This document shows, piece by piece, positions 45,301-57,565 of a stretch of DNA of 64,000 bases (positions are counted from its first letter, which is position 1; every line of letters starts with the position of its first letter). Made by a program: the position numbers and the translations under genes. Under the pieces are notes generated by a model. The model did no database searches, was not told where the DNA came from, and saw nothing but the letters and a program-made list of their open reading frames with translations. Source of the stretch: Balanoglossus misakiensis (Eukaryota; Animalia; Hemichordata). The stretch is from NCBI GenBank assembly GCA_040954595.2, contig CM082577.2, forward strand, positions 6,622,301 to 6,686,300, in the 5' to 3' direction.

Positions 45301-48300
45301 GGTGTTGAAAGTCAGAGTTGCTGTTGCACTGTATTCGCCATCACCACAGAAAAACTGAAGGAAAGAAAGATATTTTGACCCTCAAAATCACTTGCTTTGA
45401 TAAAAGAAAGCAACAATAAAGAACCTTCAACCATAGTAACAAATCTCACCTGAAGTGGTTCAGGGCTGGAGTTGTGGCTGATTGTGTGACAGTCATCAAC
45501 GAAATAAATTAGAAGAAAGCAAAGAGTTGTAGTAACTACGGCAACCAGCATGGCTTCCGCCACACAGTACCATCTTAAATACACGTATCTGTGGAGAAGA
45601 GAGAGGAAAGATGATCATCAGAAATTTGGGAAAAGGTGGTCTACAGCTGAAACTGATTTCTTCATGGTTATAGTGTGGGAAAACACGATACATTGTTAAT
45701 GGTGGGAGAATTTAGGATAATATACCATTCAAAGCAAAGGGGTGGGTGACTTACTTCAGTCTGAAAACACTGAGTTTCTGGTTGATTCCATTGAAGAGAG
45801 CACCAAGCATCCCACCGATGATTCCCATCAACATAAATATAGGGATCTCATAACCGTAGTATGCTTGACCCTAAAAGGCAAAATATCATCCAGGATCAGC
45901 TTGTGTGATTGCAATGATCGAGAGATGCCGATGCGATAGCCATGTTGGCTCATATGACAAAACAAAATGATGTGCATATCTTTATTTGTAGTACACAGTC
46001 CTTACATCTAATATGAAATCTTATCCTACTGCTTTCTCAGATTTCATAACTGCGCAGCTTTGTGACTTACCTCAAACTTCCCAAAGGTCACAAGACCAGG
46101 ATTCGACAACTTCCACGGTTCATCATAATAATAACTCAAAACAACGTTTAGTGTAAATGTAGACACCATGGAGGCAAAAAACTGAAAAGAAACGAAAGCA
46201 AACAAGCAATTTAAAGTTACATTTTAACCGTTGACTGCTCTTTTAATTATTTCTCTTCTACGGAGGTAAAACTATGAACACAAAATGTAGGGATGCTTAC
46301 AATTCTCCATGTCAAAGACTGGTTCCAAAAACTGGCCCCTTCTTCCAGACTGAAAAGCACGCCACCGACCGGCGCCCCAAATGCAGCCGAGACACCAGCC
46401 GCCGCGCCACCAGACACAAAGTCTCGCTTTTCAGTATCCTTGCGGAAATCTTCAAACATCTGAAACACACAAAAACAAGACAACTGAAGTCTTTTGGGTG
46501 CTTTGTTTGGACTGCGACCATGCAGCTTTCATCACACTTGAAGACAGACACAGTAAAGATTTATAAGATTTATGGCTCAAGTACATGTAGAATTGTTAAT
46601 GGTAGGATACATCTTGATTGGACAATACATACTGTGGATGTAGTTTTTCAATCTACCCTTAACAGTACTGCTACAGATAATACATGTGTACGTACCTTGC
46701 AATCTGCTTTGAATGTTGTTGATTTCCCCTGCGATACACCAGCAGCTATGACAGCTCCAGAGTGTATCATTGGTCCCTCCTGCAATACAATCATTCCATA
46801 GTGAGAAGAACACAATGCTATGATGTGTCTGCTGAAACCACAAAAGTATCTTTTTATGTCATTTTTTTGGTAAATTGGGCACAGTGAACAACGATCGTGT
46901 TTCACTTACTTTACCAATGCACAGACCGCCCACCACGGACAACGTGACCCCGAACACTTTGGTCACCAAAGTTTTGATTCTGACAACATACGGCACTTTC
47001 ACTCCGTTCAGGTAACACTTGATTTGAGGAATCCCACTCCCGGCTGCAACCGGCTGAAACAGACATGTACACGAGAGATAGGTTTAATACATACAACAAA
47101 GTGCACAGTCTTCGATGACATCACGTCTCAGGTCAAAGTTCAACAACTCTGTCAGTTCAACCTTGGTTACCATGGCACAGGACTTACTCCCCCTTTTCAC
47201 ATCAGTTGTTGATTATTTACATTGTGTTATTTCTTTGTTTTGATTGTAATATCTGTCATATAAATCAAACTGCCATTAGATTAAAGCCGCTAAAAGTTAC
47301 CGGCTTTCACAGGATGGGCCAGAAAAGCACCCTGTATCTCCGATGGAAAAATCTTCCAGCTGAATCAGACTGTGAATCAAATTGACGATTTGAAGTTCAT
47401 CTATTGAGATGCAAAAAATCCGAAAAGTTTGATTTTTGACTTACAGCTATATAGACCACCATCAGTGCAGCCAACAAGACACACGATGCATTGAATCCAT
47501 TCCAAGCTAGTAACGACAACTGCATGCAGTCCTTTTCTCTGCAATCTTGTGTGACTGAATCCAAGATTTAAGGAACAATCACAACATTAGTCATGGTCAC
47601 ACACATACCAATTATTCTGGCAGAAAAAAACTCACATTCCAAACACAAAGAGACAGAAAATAACGGGTTGTCAAAGGATACTGTGTCGAACTATTGAATA
47701 TTTCCACGTTGCCAGCAGATCTATACAGATGTTAATGAAGCAGGCAACCAGAGCTGTAAGAACACCAATTAACAACATGACTATCCATCGCTTTAGCTGC
47801 ATACACTGTACTATCTAGAAAAAAATAAATACATTGACTTCATTTAAATTTAAGTAATTCACATGTAATCATGAAAAATGCCTTTCCACTTGTTAAAATG
47901 TTGGAAGGAGTGAGATGGTGTGAACTTACTCTTGCACCTCTTAAACGTTCTTCTTGTGCAAATAGAGTATTTTCCACAAGGTCATAATCAAGACTCTATA
48001 GAAAAAAAGAGAAAAAAGGGAAGTAAAAACATGAACTGCAAAGTTGCGGAAGCGTTGTGGTGTTTGCTAAAAATAATCACATTTAAGTTAAGTCTGAAGA
48101 ACAACTATAAAAAGCAAACACAGCCATGGTTCCATCTAGTCAACGACGAATCTTTTATTGCTTCTTCATAAATATTGTGTAGTTTAGTGCAAACATTAAA
48201 ATATTACATTGCAACATTAATAATTAGTTTTCAAAAATCATATTTGCTAAAAGGTAAACATCTCAAGATTCTGAAAAAGTTCCCCAGTCCAACTTCTTTG

Positions 48301-49694
48301 ATTTATGATGTAGAGTCGGAGTGATCTTACCTCATAGTGATCTTACCTCATAGTTTGTTGACAATACTTTCATACTACCAACTTCTCTGTTGTCCCCAGT
48401 CACCTAGGATTCAAAACACATTCATGATCCACACACTAGTCAGTAGATGACGTGCAATGGTCATACAAACAACATTGGGATAATTGTTATAGCTCTCAGA
48501 GATTTAGCCTGAGAAGAACTTCTGCTTTTCAATCAAAACCCCACAACTCAGTCTGTGAATTGTAACCAATAAATAATACATGAACCGAGTGTCATCAAAA
48601 TCCTTCCACTATAAAGGCTTTTGGTTTTCCATACAGAAAAATAACAAATCAAAATAATATAGAGCCGCTCAGGCAAAAAGAAAAACTTGGCTTGAAATAT
48701 CTCTTAAGCTAGAATGATCCTGCACAAACATTGTAGAACTATAAAATGACACAGGTGTTTCGGTTTCTTTTCTATAAAAAAAAGAAAAGAACACGCCCCC
48801 CCCCCCCAACAAATACAAACAAATACTTATCACTTTTTATGCATATCTTAGGGGAAAGGAGCAAAATGTACCATTTGTGCTGCCTCAAGTTTAAAAAACA
48901 TTTTAATCAACACGTTCATTTGCAGCTTCAATCCAGAGAAGTGCAAAAGCATCCATTATCGAGTCTGTATAACGGTACGCAATTAACACAATGGTGTCTA
49001 TTAATAGTATCAACACCTTTTGACGCTTTTATTGCTGGCGCTATCAGGTCACGGTCACAAGACATTTCAATGTGTACATGTATGTTACCTTGGCCCCTTC
49101 CCAGGACATGGCACGCTCCACACTTGATCTGTAATCACGGCTTCTTTCACGAACATCTTCGGCGGGTGACTGCTCGGAATCCGTGCGGGGATAATTCACC
49201 GAATAAGAGTGCTGCAGAAAACAAACTTGTTTTTAAATGGGCATTGTTTGGATACTGATAGGGTACATCACGGGATGATGACTACGTGATCGCGCAGTGG
49301 CCGGTGGTCGCTCGGCGCCCACGCCGGGCTCACGATCATGACAGACACTGTCTGATACACTGAGTGATACGAGGCTAGAATAGACAGCCCCTGCAAGCAA
49401 TGAACCGTGAGCTGCACTTGACTTGATCAATGTCATGTTCATGTTGGCGAAAAAGTTTACAATTACTTAGCGTGTACACCATTCATTCAAAGTTTCATCG
49501 CGAACAAGAGACGGGTGAAAAATGAAAAGTGTGCAACTTTCAGGGTTTTTGACATTTTAAACTTGACATACCCCTATGCCGACAGAATTTCTACTTACGT
49601 CGTCAGAATAACTGTTCACTTTATACCGACTGTCTCGGGTAAGCGGTGTCCTTTCGGAGTTCGAGTAGGGTTGCCTGTCGTCTGGAGTCGCCAT
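42400..49694 (-). CDS. CLCN7: Lysosomal H+/Cl- exchange transporter ClC-7, 22 coding exons
   Basis: Exons (minus): 49694-49599, 49211-49089, 48403-48347, 47995-47930, 47814-47682, 47554-47445, 47053-46910, 46779-46696, 46459-46301, 46181-46071, 45870-45755, 45588-45450, 45354-45261, 45094-44928, 44821-44770, 44475-44348, 44116-44031, 43867-43744, 43385-43314, 43051-42875, 42728-42648, 42504-42400. Motifs: [30 protein letters not shown] (gating Glu), [53 protein letters not shown] domains ending [14 protein letters not shown]. No ClC-6-type long CBS insert. Confidence 0.95.
47555..47681 (-). other. U12-type (minor spliceosome) GT-AG intron in CLCN7, 127 nt
   Basis: 5' splice site GTATCCTTT, branch site TTCCTTAAA (47575-47567) 12 nt upstream of the intron 3' end, no polypyrimidine tract. 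Flanking exons join in frame. Confidence 0.88.
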
Positions 49695-49999
49695 AGTTTG
49701 ACCTCGTAGTCACGTGCATTTGGGCCCTATAACTTGCTATAAACAAATGATAGACAACATCAGTTGGAAAAAAATACAAAGTAAACATTGTATACATGGT
49801 ATGTTTAACTAAAACGAATTTTTAAAGATATGTTTGTCTGCTTCTGGCAGAGGTACAAGTTAGAACATTGTTGAACTTGACCAGTTTACTCGAAATAATT
49901 ATTCTAGCCTAAGGAGTTCTACTTCCGTTTACTTACCAGGTCAAATAAATCTGTCGCACGTGTTGAAAGCGTAAACGTGTATGATTTTCAACTGCGAAA
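49695..49999. promoter_or_regulatory. Bidirectional promoter region shared by CLCN7 and MRPL12
   Basis: Only 305 bp between divergent ATGs. CLEAR-like E-box GTCACGTG at 49709-49716, second CACGTG at 49957-49962, ETS-like ACTTCCG at 49921-49927. Confidence 0.7.
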
Positions 50000-51630
50000 A
50001 TGACGTCTTTATGCAGATGCATGAGTTTTACGGTTCGCCACATCAAACACGTTAACAGGTGAATATACATTTGTGTTGTTTAAACGTGATGATCCAACCT
50101 TTTCTAGCTCGCACACACCGATGAAGCCGTGCGCTCATTTACGACTAGCGCCTTTTTACGGTGCAGCTGAGTTGTGTGATCACATTCAAGGGTCTATGTT
50201 TCACGATCACATACACTGACTTGCAATCGGTGCACCGTATGTAGGTCAGTCTGTCGGCTGCTACCGGAAACCGGGCATACTCTTTCAGGCATATCAAATT
50301 TAACTGACATTAACGCTTGCTGGACAGTAGATGTCATGGTGACGTAATTATGTAAAAGGTTGATGACCTTCACCCATTTTGGGCGTTTTGATAACTTGAC
50401 TGTTTGTGTAGTGTCAAGGTTCATGGCTCTGAACATCAAATATCTTTTTCTTTCTTTCACAGACATGCTGCAGCCATACACAGGGTACAGAGATATTATA
50501 ACAGTGAACCACTGCCAATGCCAGTAGCAGATGGCGAACGCAAGGAATATTCTCCCAAAATTACACAATTGGTAGATGATATCTCCAAACTCACAATATC
50601 AGAAATTTCAGATCTGAATGAATTATTAAAGGCAAGTATTAATACTCTGATATCATTGCCATATTTCACTTTCTTGTTACCAATACTGAAAGGTCCTATT
50701 GACTGGTGTGTCCATGTCACCTATTTGAACAGTTTTCCCCAAAAATATTTGAGAGACAACTTCTTTGAAGCATTTTGTTGTGTTTTGATGGGAACCACAT
50801 TCAGTCTGTTATGGCTGTGTCTTCTACCAGCTGCAAATCCCTGCAAATACTTTTTTCTGCTTACCCTGTAGGTAACATTAAACATACAAGATGCACCGAT
50901 GATGGTTGCAGGGGCTATGCCAGCTGGCCCGGCAGCTCCAGCAGAGGTAAGACTATGCGGCAGTCTCGTTGAATTAACAGTGACAGAGTTGTTGAAGCTA
51001 AAATGAAAAGTGCTGTCTATACCCGATTTTGCTGTGTGTTACTGTAAGAATGGGTTTCTGATCTCATTCAAGTCTCTCCATGTTTTGCAGGCAGAGGAGG
51101 AGGCAGAGGAACCCAAAGTAGAGAAAACACATTTTACTGTCAAATTGACCCAATTTGATGGTACTACCAAAGTTAAACTTATAAAAGAAGTAAAAAGCCT
51201 TACCACAGGCATGAATCTTGTACAGGTAAGTTGGGGGCCATCTTGTAGAGTTCCTCCTACACTCTGGTCCTGACATACATTTTGTATACTAGAATTGTCA
51301 TCCGGACTCTAGTTCAACAAGGCAACACAAACTAGATCAAACTAAGCCAATTGCGACCACAGACGCAGTCGCTCAATTTTTGGAGAATTAAGAGAAAATT
51401 CAGTCCCGCTCTCCTGAACCAAAACGCAGATCACTTAGACAGTTTGCTTGTGATCGCATGAAAACAGTCATACAAAAGCTAATGTACAATCATTTCTTTT
51501 CTGATTTCTACAGGCCAAAAAATTTGTGGAATCGGTGCCCCAGGTTGTGAAGGCAGACGTCAGCAAAGCAGAAGCGGAGGAGATGAAAGCGAAACTTGAA
51601 GCTGTCGGAGGAACTGCAGTTATAGAATAA
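50000..51630 (+). CDS. MRPL12: Mitochondrial ribosomal protein L12 (bL12m), 5 coding exons
   Basis: Exons 50000-50058, 50463-50631 (GC donor), 50872-50946, 51091-51225, 51514-51630. Arg-rich targeting peptide, [28 protein letters not shown], Ala/Pro hinge, [56 protein letters not shown]. Confidence 0.95.
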
Positions 51631-53649
51631 AAAAAATTTCAGACTCTATATTTATCTTTTGAGATAGTTCAAGAATTTTCAGTGGTCCATCCACAAGGTT
51701 ATTCAAAGTGGTCTATGTGTGTGTACTGCCAGTGTACAGATTACGAGATGGATGGAAAGTGTGCTGTGAATGGGTAGACTGTTTTTACACATATTGTGTT
51801 TTCCTCAAATGGATTGGGGGAGGTCTGTGAACATTGTCAATTCGACCCCTGTTTACTCTCTAACAAAGTTTGTTACCTGAAATGTTGGCCATGAAATTAG
51901 ACTTTAATTTGTTCCATTCCAATGGGCATTTCTTCCAGTGGACTTAGGGCTCACAATTTGATGTGCTGGTCGTGTAGGATATGAATTGCCCACAAGTTTC
52001 GTGACATGTGACATTAACATGGAAACTTAATACTGTAGAAGCTTTGCTAATGCTGCCTCTATTGTAATGCATTCACAAGATATCCCGCCGAGGAATGAAA
52101 TTATTAGTGGGAATTTATCACTGTCACTTTGTATTGCTGAGGACAAAGTCAAAGATTTTATATGTACAGATCAAAACCATGCACTTCATTCAGAAGCCTC
52201 CCCTATCCCCTAGTAGTGTAATGAAAAATATAATTTGCTTCATCTTTTTTTGAAATAAAAGGTTAAATATATAAATCCGCAAGTTTTCATGACTGTATTT
52301 GAGTACCATACACCTATTGATGTACCATGTATGTATGTATGTGTGTGTGTTTGATAAATGAGGGATGATAATTTTTCAAGTCAATTTGTCCTTTATAGAA
52401 GGTTTTGAAAAGAGTTACAAATGACAGAATAAACAATCTAAACCTGAGCGAAGTGAAATAATGTTTCAGGGCTATTACACGCAACTTTTAATTAAATCTT
52501 GATTTTATTTCAGAAAAGAAAATCTAATTACAAAATTAATTTGATCTCTATTCTGAGTGAAAGCAAAAGCTCTTCATTACAAAAAATGAAGTTGGTCTAT
52601 ATCATGTGTGAAACTATCACACTGTGCACGATTACTTCTCATTCAGGGAAATCCATGCCATTTGCTGCAGCAAATGATTTTGTCCCTAAATGTTATTTTT
52701 GGCATTTCTTTCACTTTGCAGCCAGTGTGTGTTAAAAAAAAATGCAAAGTTCCAAGTATCCAATAAGTTTCTCCAAGCTCCATTCTAATCAACATTTTTG
52801 TCTTGTAATAAATTATCTTGTCTTCAGTTTTGATGTCAATAATTAATGAAATCGTGTGTGGAACTACTAACAAAACAAAAAAAGATAATTGTTTGGAATA
52901 ACTCTGTTGTCGCCTGACTAGTTTTAGTTGTATTTTGACATAATCTGGTCAGCATAATAGTAATGGTCAACTGCAGTAATTTACCAAAGATTATCACAAT
53001 TATGGAACAAAAGCACCGCTCTGCAGTTTTGACCAATAAGGTGAAATTGTGTACAAGACCCTGTGAACTCTAATGCCATTGTTTGTATATCAACGGAAAA
53101 CAATGAAATGTGCACAGCAAGGGGTAGACCATATACTAGAATTCCCTTCCAAAATAAGTTGCATCTATGCCTGTTGTTGATAAATATGACATTTTGAACG
53201 TAACTGAAGATCAGAAACAGAGACTAAAGAAATAAGCATTGACAGTGAATGTGCTGCATTTATAATCATATAAATCTGTGCAACAGTCCTGAGTCATGAT
53301 TTAATTCTAAGAGTAATCCAAGATTTATTAAATTATTTTGAAGGAAGCTTGTGTTGACTGGCAACACATGACCATTTTCTTATTCCCCTTTGTCTGATCA
53401 TTTCAATTTCAAAACATAATTTTATCAGAAATATAATGCCTTCAAGTTGCCTTTAAAAAGGAAACTACATCCACCCCTACTTTAAAGTGGAATGGCCAAA
53501 ATGAATGTCTTAAATCAGTTTGAAGATACTGACAAAAACGAGCGAATGGTAGAAGGCACAAGACAGTGGGTGAAACCGCTCAAAGATAAATCATGTATCT
53601 TCAATGATAATTGCATTGTCCAGTGTTTTGGGGTATTGTAGAGCATGTG

Positions 53650-56600
53650 CTATGTGGCTGGCATGGTTCCTCGTAAATACCAATACGTTCCTCTTGTTAC
53701 ACAACATGTCTGAAAGAAAAGTAAAAAAAGTCTGTCACATCATCCACATCTGGCCTCTTTGCCCTCTGATCCCCTAATCCCCCCGATAACCTATGACATC
53801 ATTTGGAAATTCTTTTTCAAGGCAGCTTCAAAGGGTTAAGAAAGTTAGTGTACTGTTGCATTAAATGTTAATTTTTCTCTCATTTGTCTCTAGCAGAGTA
53901 CACATAATTGTGCAAAATTGCTTACCTTTAAAATTTTATCAAATTCTGATTTAGTTGTTGGTTCTGTTCCTAAAATCTCTTGAAATTTTTCTGTAAATTG
54001 GTTACGTCTGTATTTGAAGTTATACTGATACATGTCAAACATGACCTCCCTGTACTGTAATGGATAGAAAAGTCAATAATTACAATTTATGTTATTAAAA
54101 ACATAAATTTTGTCTCTTTCGTAAGAAAAGATAAAGGGAAATGGAGCAAATACTCAAATATGTCTTTCAATACAGTTTCATGCCACATACTTTGGATTCT
54201 GACTTTTTTTATTTTCTTACCTTGTCATACTCATCGCCCTGTTTTCCTAACGCAAATACTCTCTTGTCTTCAACTTGTAAAGTAGTGGGCCACTGCATTT
54301 TCACAAAACAAAAACAAATCAGAATTGCTAGTAAGTAACTCGCTACTAACAGAAACATATTGGGGTGAATTGAAAACAGGAAGAACGAGACCAAATATTT
54401 TGGCAAATATGAACTTTCTATCTAATAATCTGGCCCTTTGTAATGTTAATAAATACTGTGGACAAGTTTTCCCATTTCATATCATACATGCAGCTAAAGC
54501 TTCTGCAGAAGCACTTGATGACTTCAAACCCTTTATATTTCTACCGTTCTACTTACTGGAAGCTGAAGAGTCTTTGCTCCAATATCCAACGCGCACTGCT
54601 CCAAGAGCGTATCCGAAACTCCCGACGCCAAGATATGTCCCGGCAAACACTCTGCCAGCTTACTCACTAACAAGCGTCTCATCTCACTGATTGTCAGAAT
54701 GCACTGATGCAGAAACTTCTCCCTGAGGAATTTCTGCAACTCTGTCCTCAGCTGTTCGCTGCCGGGCTCGACTTTTGGCCCGTTCACGGCGATCACATTA
54801 TTCGCGGTGGTGGGTTTTCCAAAGGGTGGGGAAGACGGGCTCGTTTCCATGGGAACGGGCGCACCATCGGCGTTCGTTGAGAGTTGTTCGAGTTTGACCT
54901 TGGCTTTGGCCTTGGCTTGTTTCACCCTTTCTTTGCCAGATATAAAATCTGTGTTGGAGGCACCTACAACAAACATACACAAGACTATGACGCAATGTTG
55001 AATGTGAACACAAAATCTGGCTGTTAACTTTGCTGCTTACGACCAGTACTCCCTACAATGAAAATTAATTGCATATACACACAAAATTACCGACAATTCA
55101 GTCTGTCTCTTCTAAATTTATTTCACACCAGTAAACACACGTGTTGAGTTAGAGGGACACATTTCTTGACATGGGCATGTGAATTTTAGAGAGCATACCT
55201 TGTGATGTTGCTGTCTCTTTGCCTTTACCTTTCTTCTCAGCATCCGTCTTGCCTAACTTCAAAGCTTTGGATAATCTGAAAGCGTAAAACAGATTTACAA
55301 TGATTTGCAAACAACAAAATATTCATTTTCACCATCTTAAAAAATTAACAATAAGTGCTAATTTGCCAACTTTGATCTGGTGAATTTTAAGTTTACCAAC
55401 TTGGAATTTATTCCTGCGAATGAAGAACGAAACTGAGAGTTGTAGTCAATGAAAAAGAACCAAATCCAACTTACAGTTGATACTTGTTGTCCCACAACAT
55501 CTGCTGTCTTTGTACAACTTCCGGGAATTTGGCCACAAACGCCGCATCGTATTCCATCAGGAACTGCCAGCCTTGATTGACTTGCATCCTGGACATCTGT
55601 TCCATCATCTCTTTGATGTCTTCTGATGGAAGCTAGGAAAATGTAAAGAACAGTTCCATCTGTATTGCCTATTTTCTCTCCTTTTAGCTGAGACCTGCCA
55701 CAAATTTGCTTTCACTCAGATACTAGTAGTCAAATGTGACTACACTATTCAAAAGTGTCTTCTCAGCTAGAGGGAGCGCCCTCAAACAACGGATCTTTCA
55801 ATCTTGGTCAACGACTTGATCAACTTGACAAAAAAGATAGTATTTCATTAATTCCATAAATTTTGGATACAATAATTACATTTTGAGTTTCAAGAATTTC
55901 GAATGAGCCTGGGCTTATCTGACTCAATCTTATATCTCACTTACCCTTGTAACCATGGCGATTTCTTTCCGAATCACAAATCTACTCTGCGTAAATTTCC
56001 ACATCTGCAGACGAAGAATCAGATGATGGTTATTTTGTTGGATGAAAAGATAAAAAGATTCGCATCACAAACATTTGTATCAAATGGACAAGATGGTCTG
56101 GTTGGACTCATACATGTATGTGGCATCTGCTTCACAGTTTATTCTCCTTTCTAAGTAAATGTGCGTTAAATCACTGCAAATAAAATACAGGATTAATTAA
56201 TATACTCACAATGTAATCTCTGCCTCTGCTGAGAATTTCAGCAGAAACGCCACTGTTGGCACTGATGGAGTCCTTGGGATAAAGCACTTCACTGCAAAAG
56301 ATATCGAAACAAGAACAGGTGTAAAATCTGAACGCCTCACTTTCCGAAGTGAAATTCATTAGATTTCAGACTATTATTTCAGACTTGTGAAGTGACATTT
56401 TCACTTTTAAATATACATACCCACATATGAAGGACCTGTAAAACAAATGTATCCATTATAGGGTAATTCAGCACAGATTGTTGTTTCTTGATGATTCTTA
56501 CCTTTTAACGACCCAGCATCCCTGGACCAAGACAGCCACTTGTTGCAAAGCTCGTAACACAGCCACCTGATCTGTCACTGGCGACACCAGAGTTAGAAGC

Positions 56601-57439
56601 TGTGAGAACCTGAGTACTTTAGCTGCAGAAGTAAGTAGATAAATTCATATATGAGATAAAAGCAAGAAGAAAGGAAAAAAGTAGTGGACATTATAGAACA
56701 GTGTATAACTAACGTGGGAGAGTAATAAGCTCCCTACACTGCAATATAATATTTTATTGTTTTCCATAGTTTTAAAGGCAAAAATTCATTCTTTTTCGAC
56801 ATTACTTGACATGTGGTTCTATGTGAAAGGGACTAGAAAATGTGTTCGGTATAGACAGGTTTTCAGGGTTCAGCTTAGAGAGGTTTTACTGTACATCATG
56901 AATCATGAATGGCACATTGGCATCACGTTTTTTCATGGACTCACCACTGGTGAGCAGAGCTCTGACTTGGTCAGCCAAAGGCATGGTTTTCAACTGAGTC
57001 ATCGACAGAACATTGCTAGGCATCTGTGGCATCTTGATATCAGACTCTTCCTCTTCTGGCATTAGCATTTCCAGATATCCTCTGTACAAAAAGTTAAGAA
57101 ACATCCTCTGTTACAATCACTGATGAGGTAGACAGATGCATGTTATATGTTGATCATATATAAAAAGTGTGTTTTGGATATCAGTATATCTTGGTATAAG
57201 AGTCCCTATAAGGACCTTCTTTCCGGGTTGCTAGTTACTTACTTTGCAGTGGTACCAAACTCAGTAACTTCAAAGTCATTACCCTGTGAATAGAGCTGGT
57301 TGAACTCAACCTCTGATGCTGCATCCTGAAACAAATCAACCATCACATTTTAGCAAACAGTTGATTGCAATACTCGGATAAATGTTGTGATTCTGGGTTT
57401 CCTACCATTCTGTCATATTTCAAACCACCCTCTACAAAC

Positions 57440-57494
<55 letters not shown>

Positions 57495-57518
57495 CATCAC
57501 CAATACCAACAACGATAC

Positions 57519-57565
<47 letters not shown>

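Noticed and set aside
49233-49442. 69-aa minus-strand ORF as a possible CLCN7 first exon
   Set aside because: It ends in a stop with no suitable donor, whereas 49694-49599 has ATGGCG, a GTAAGT donor and the correct phase.
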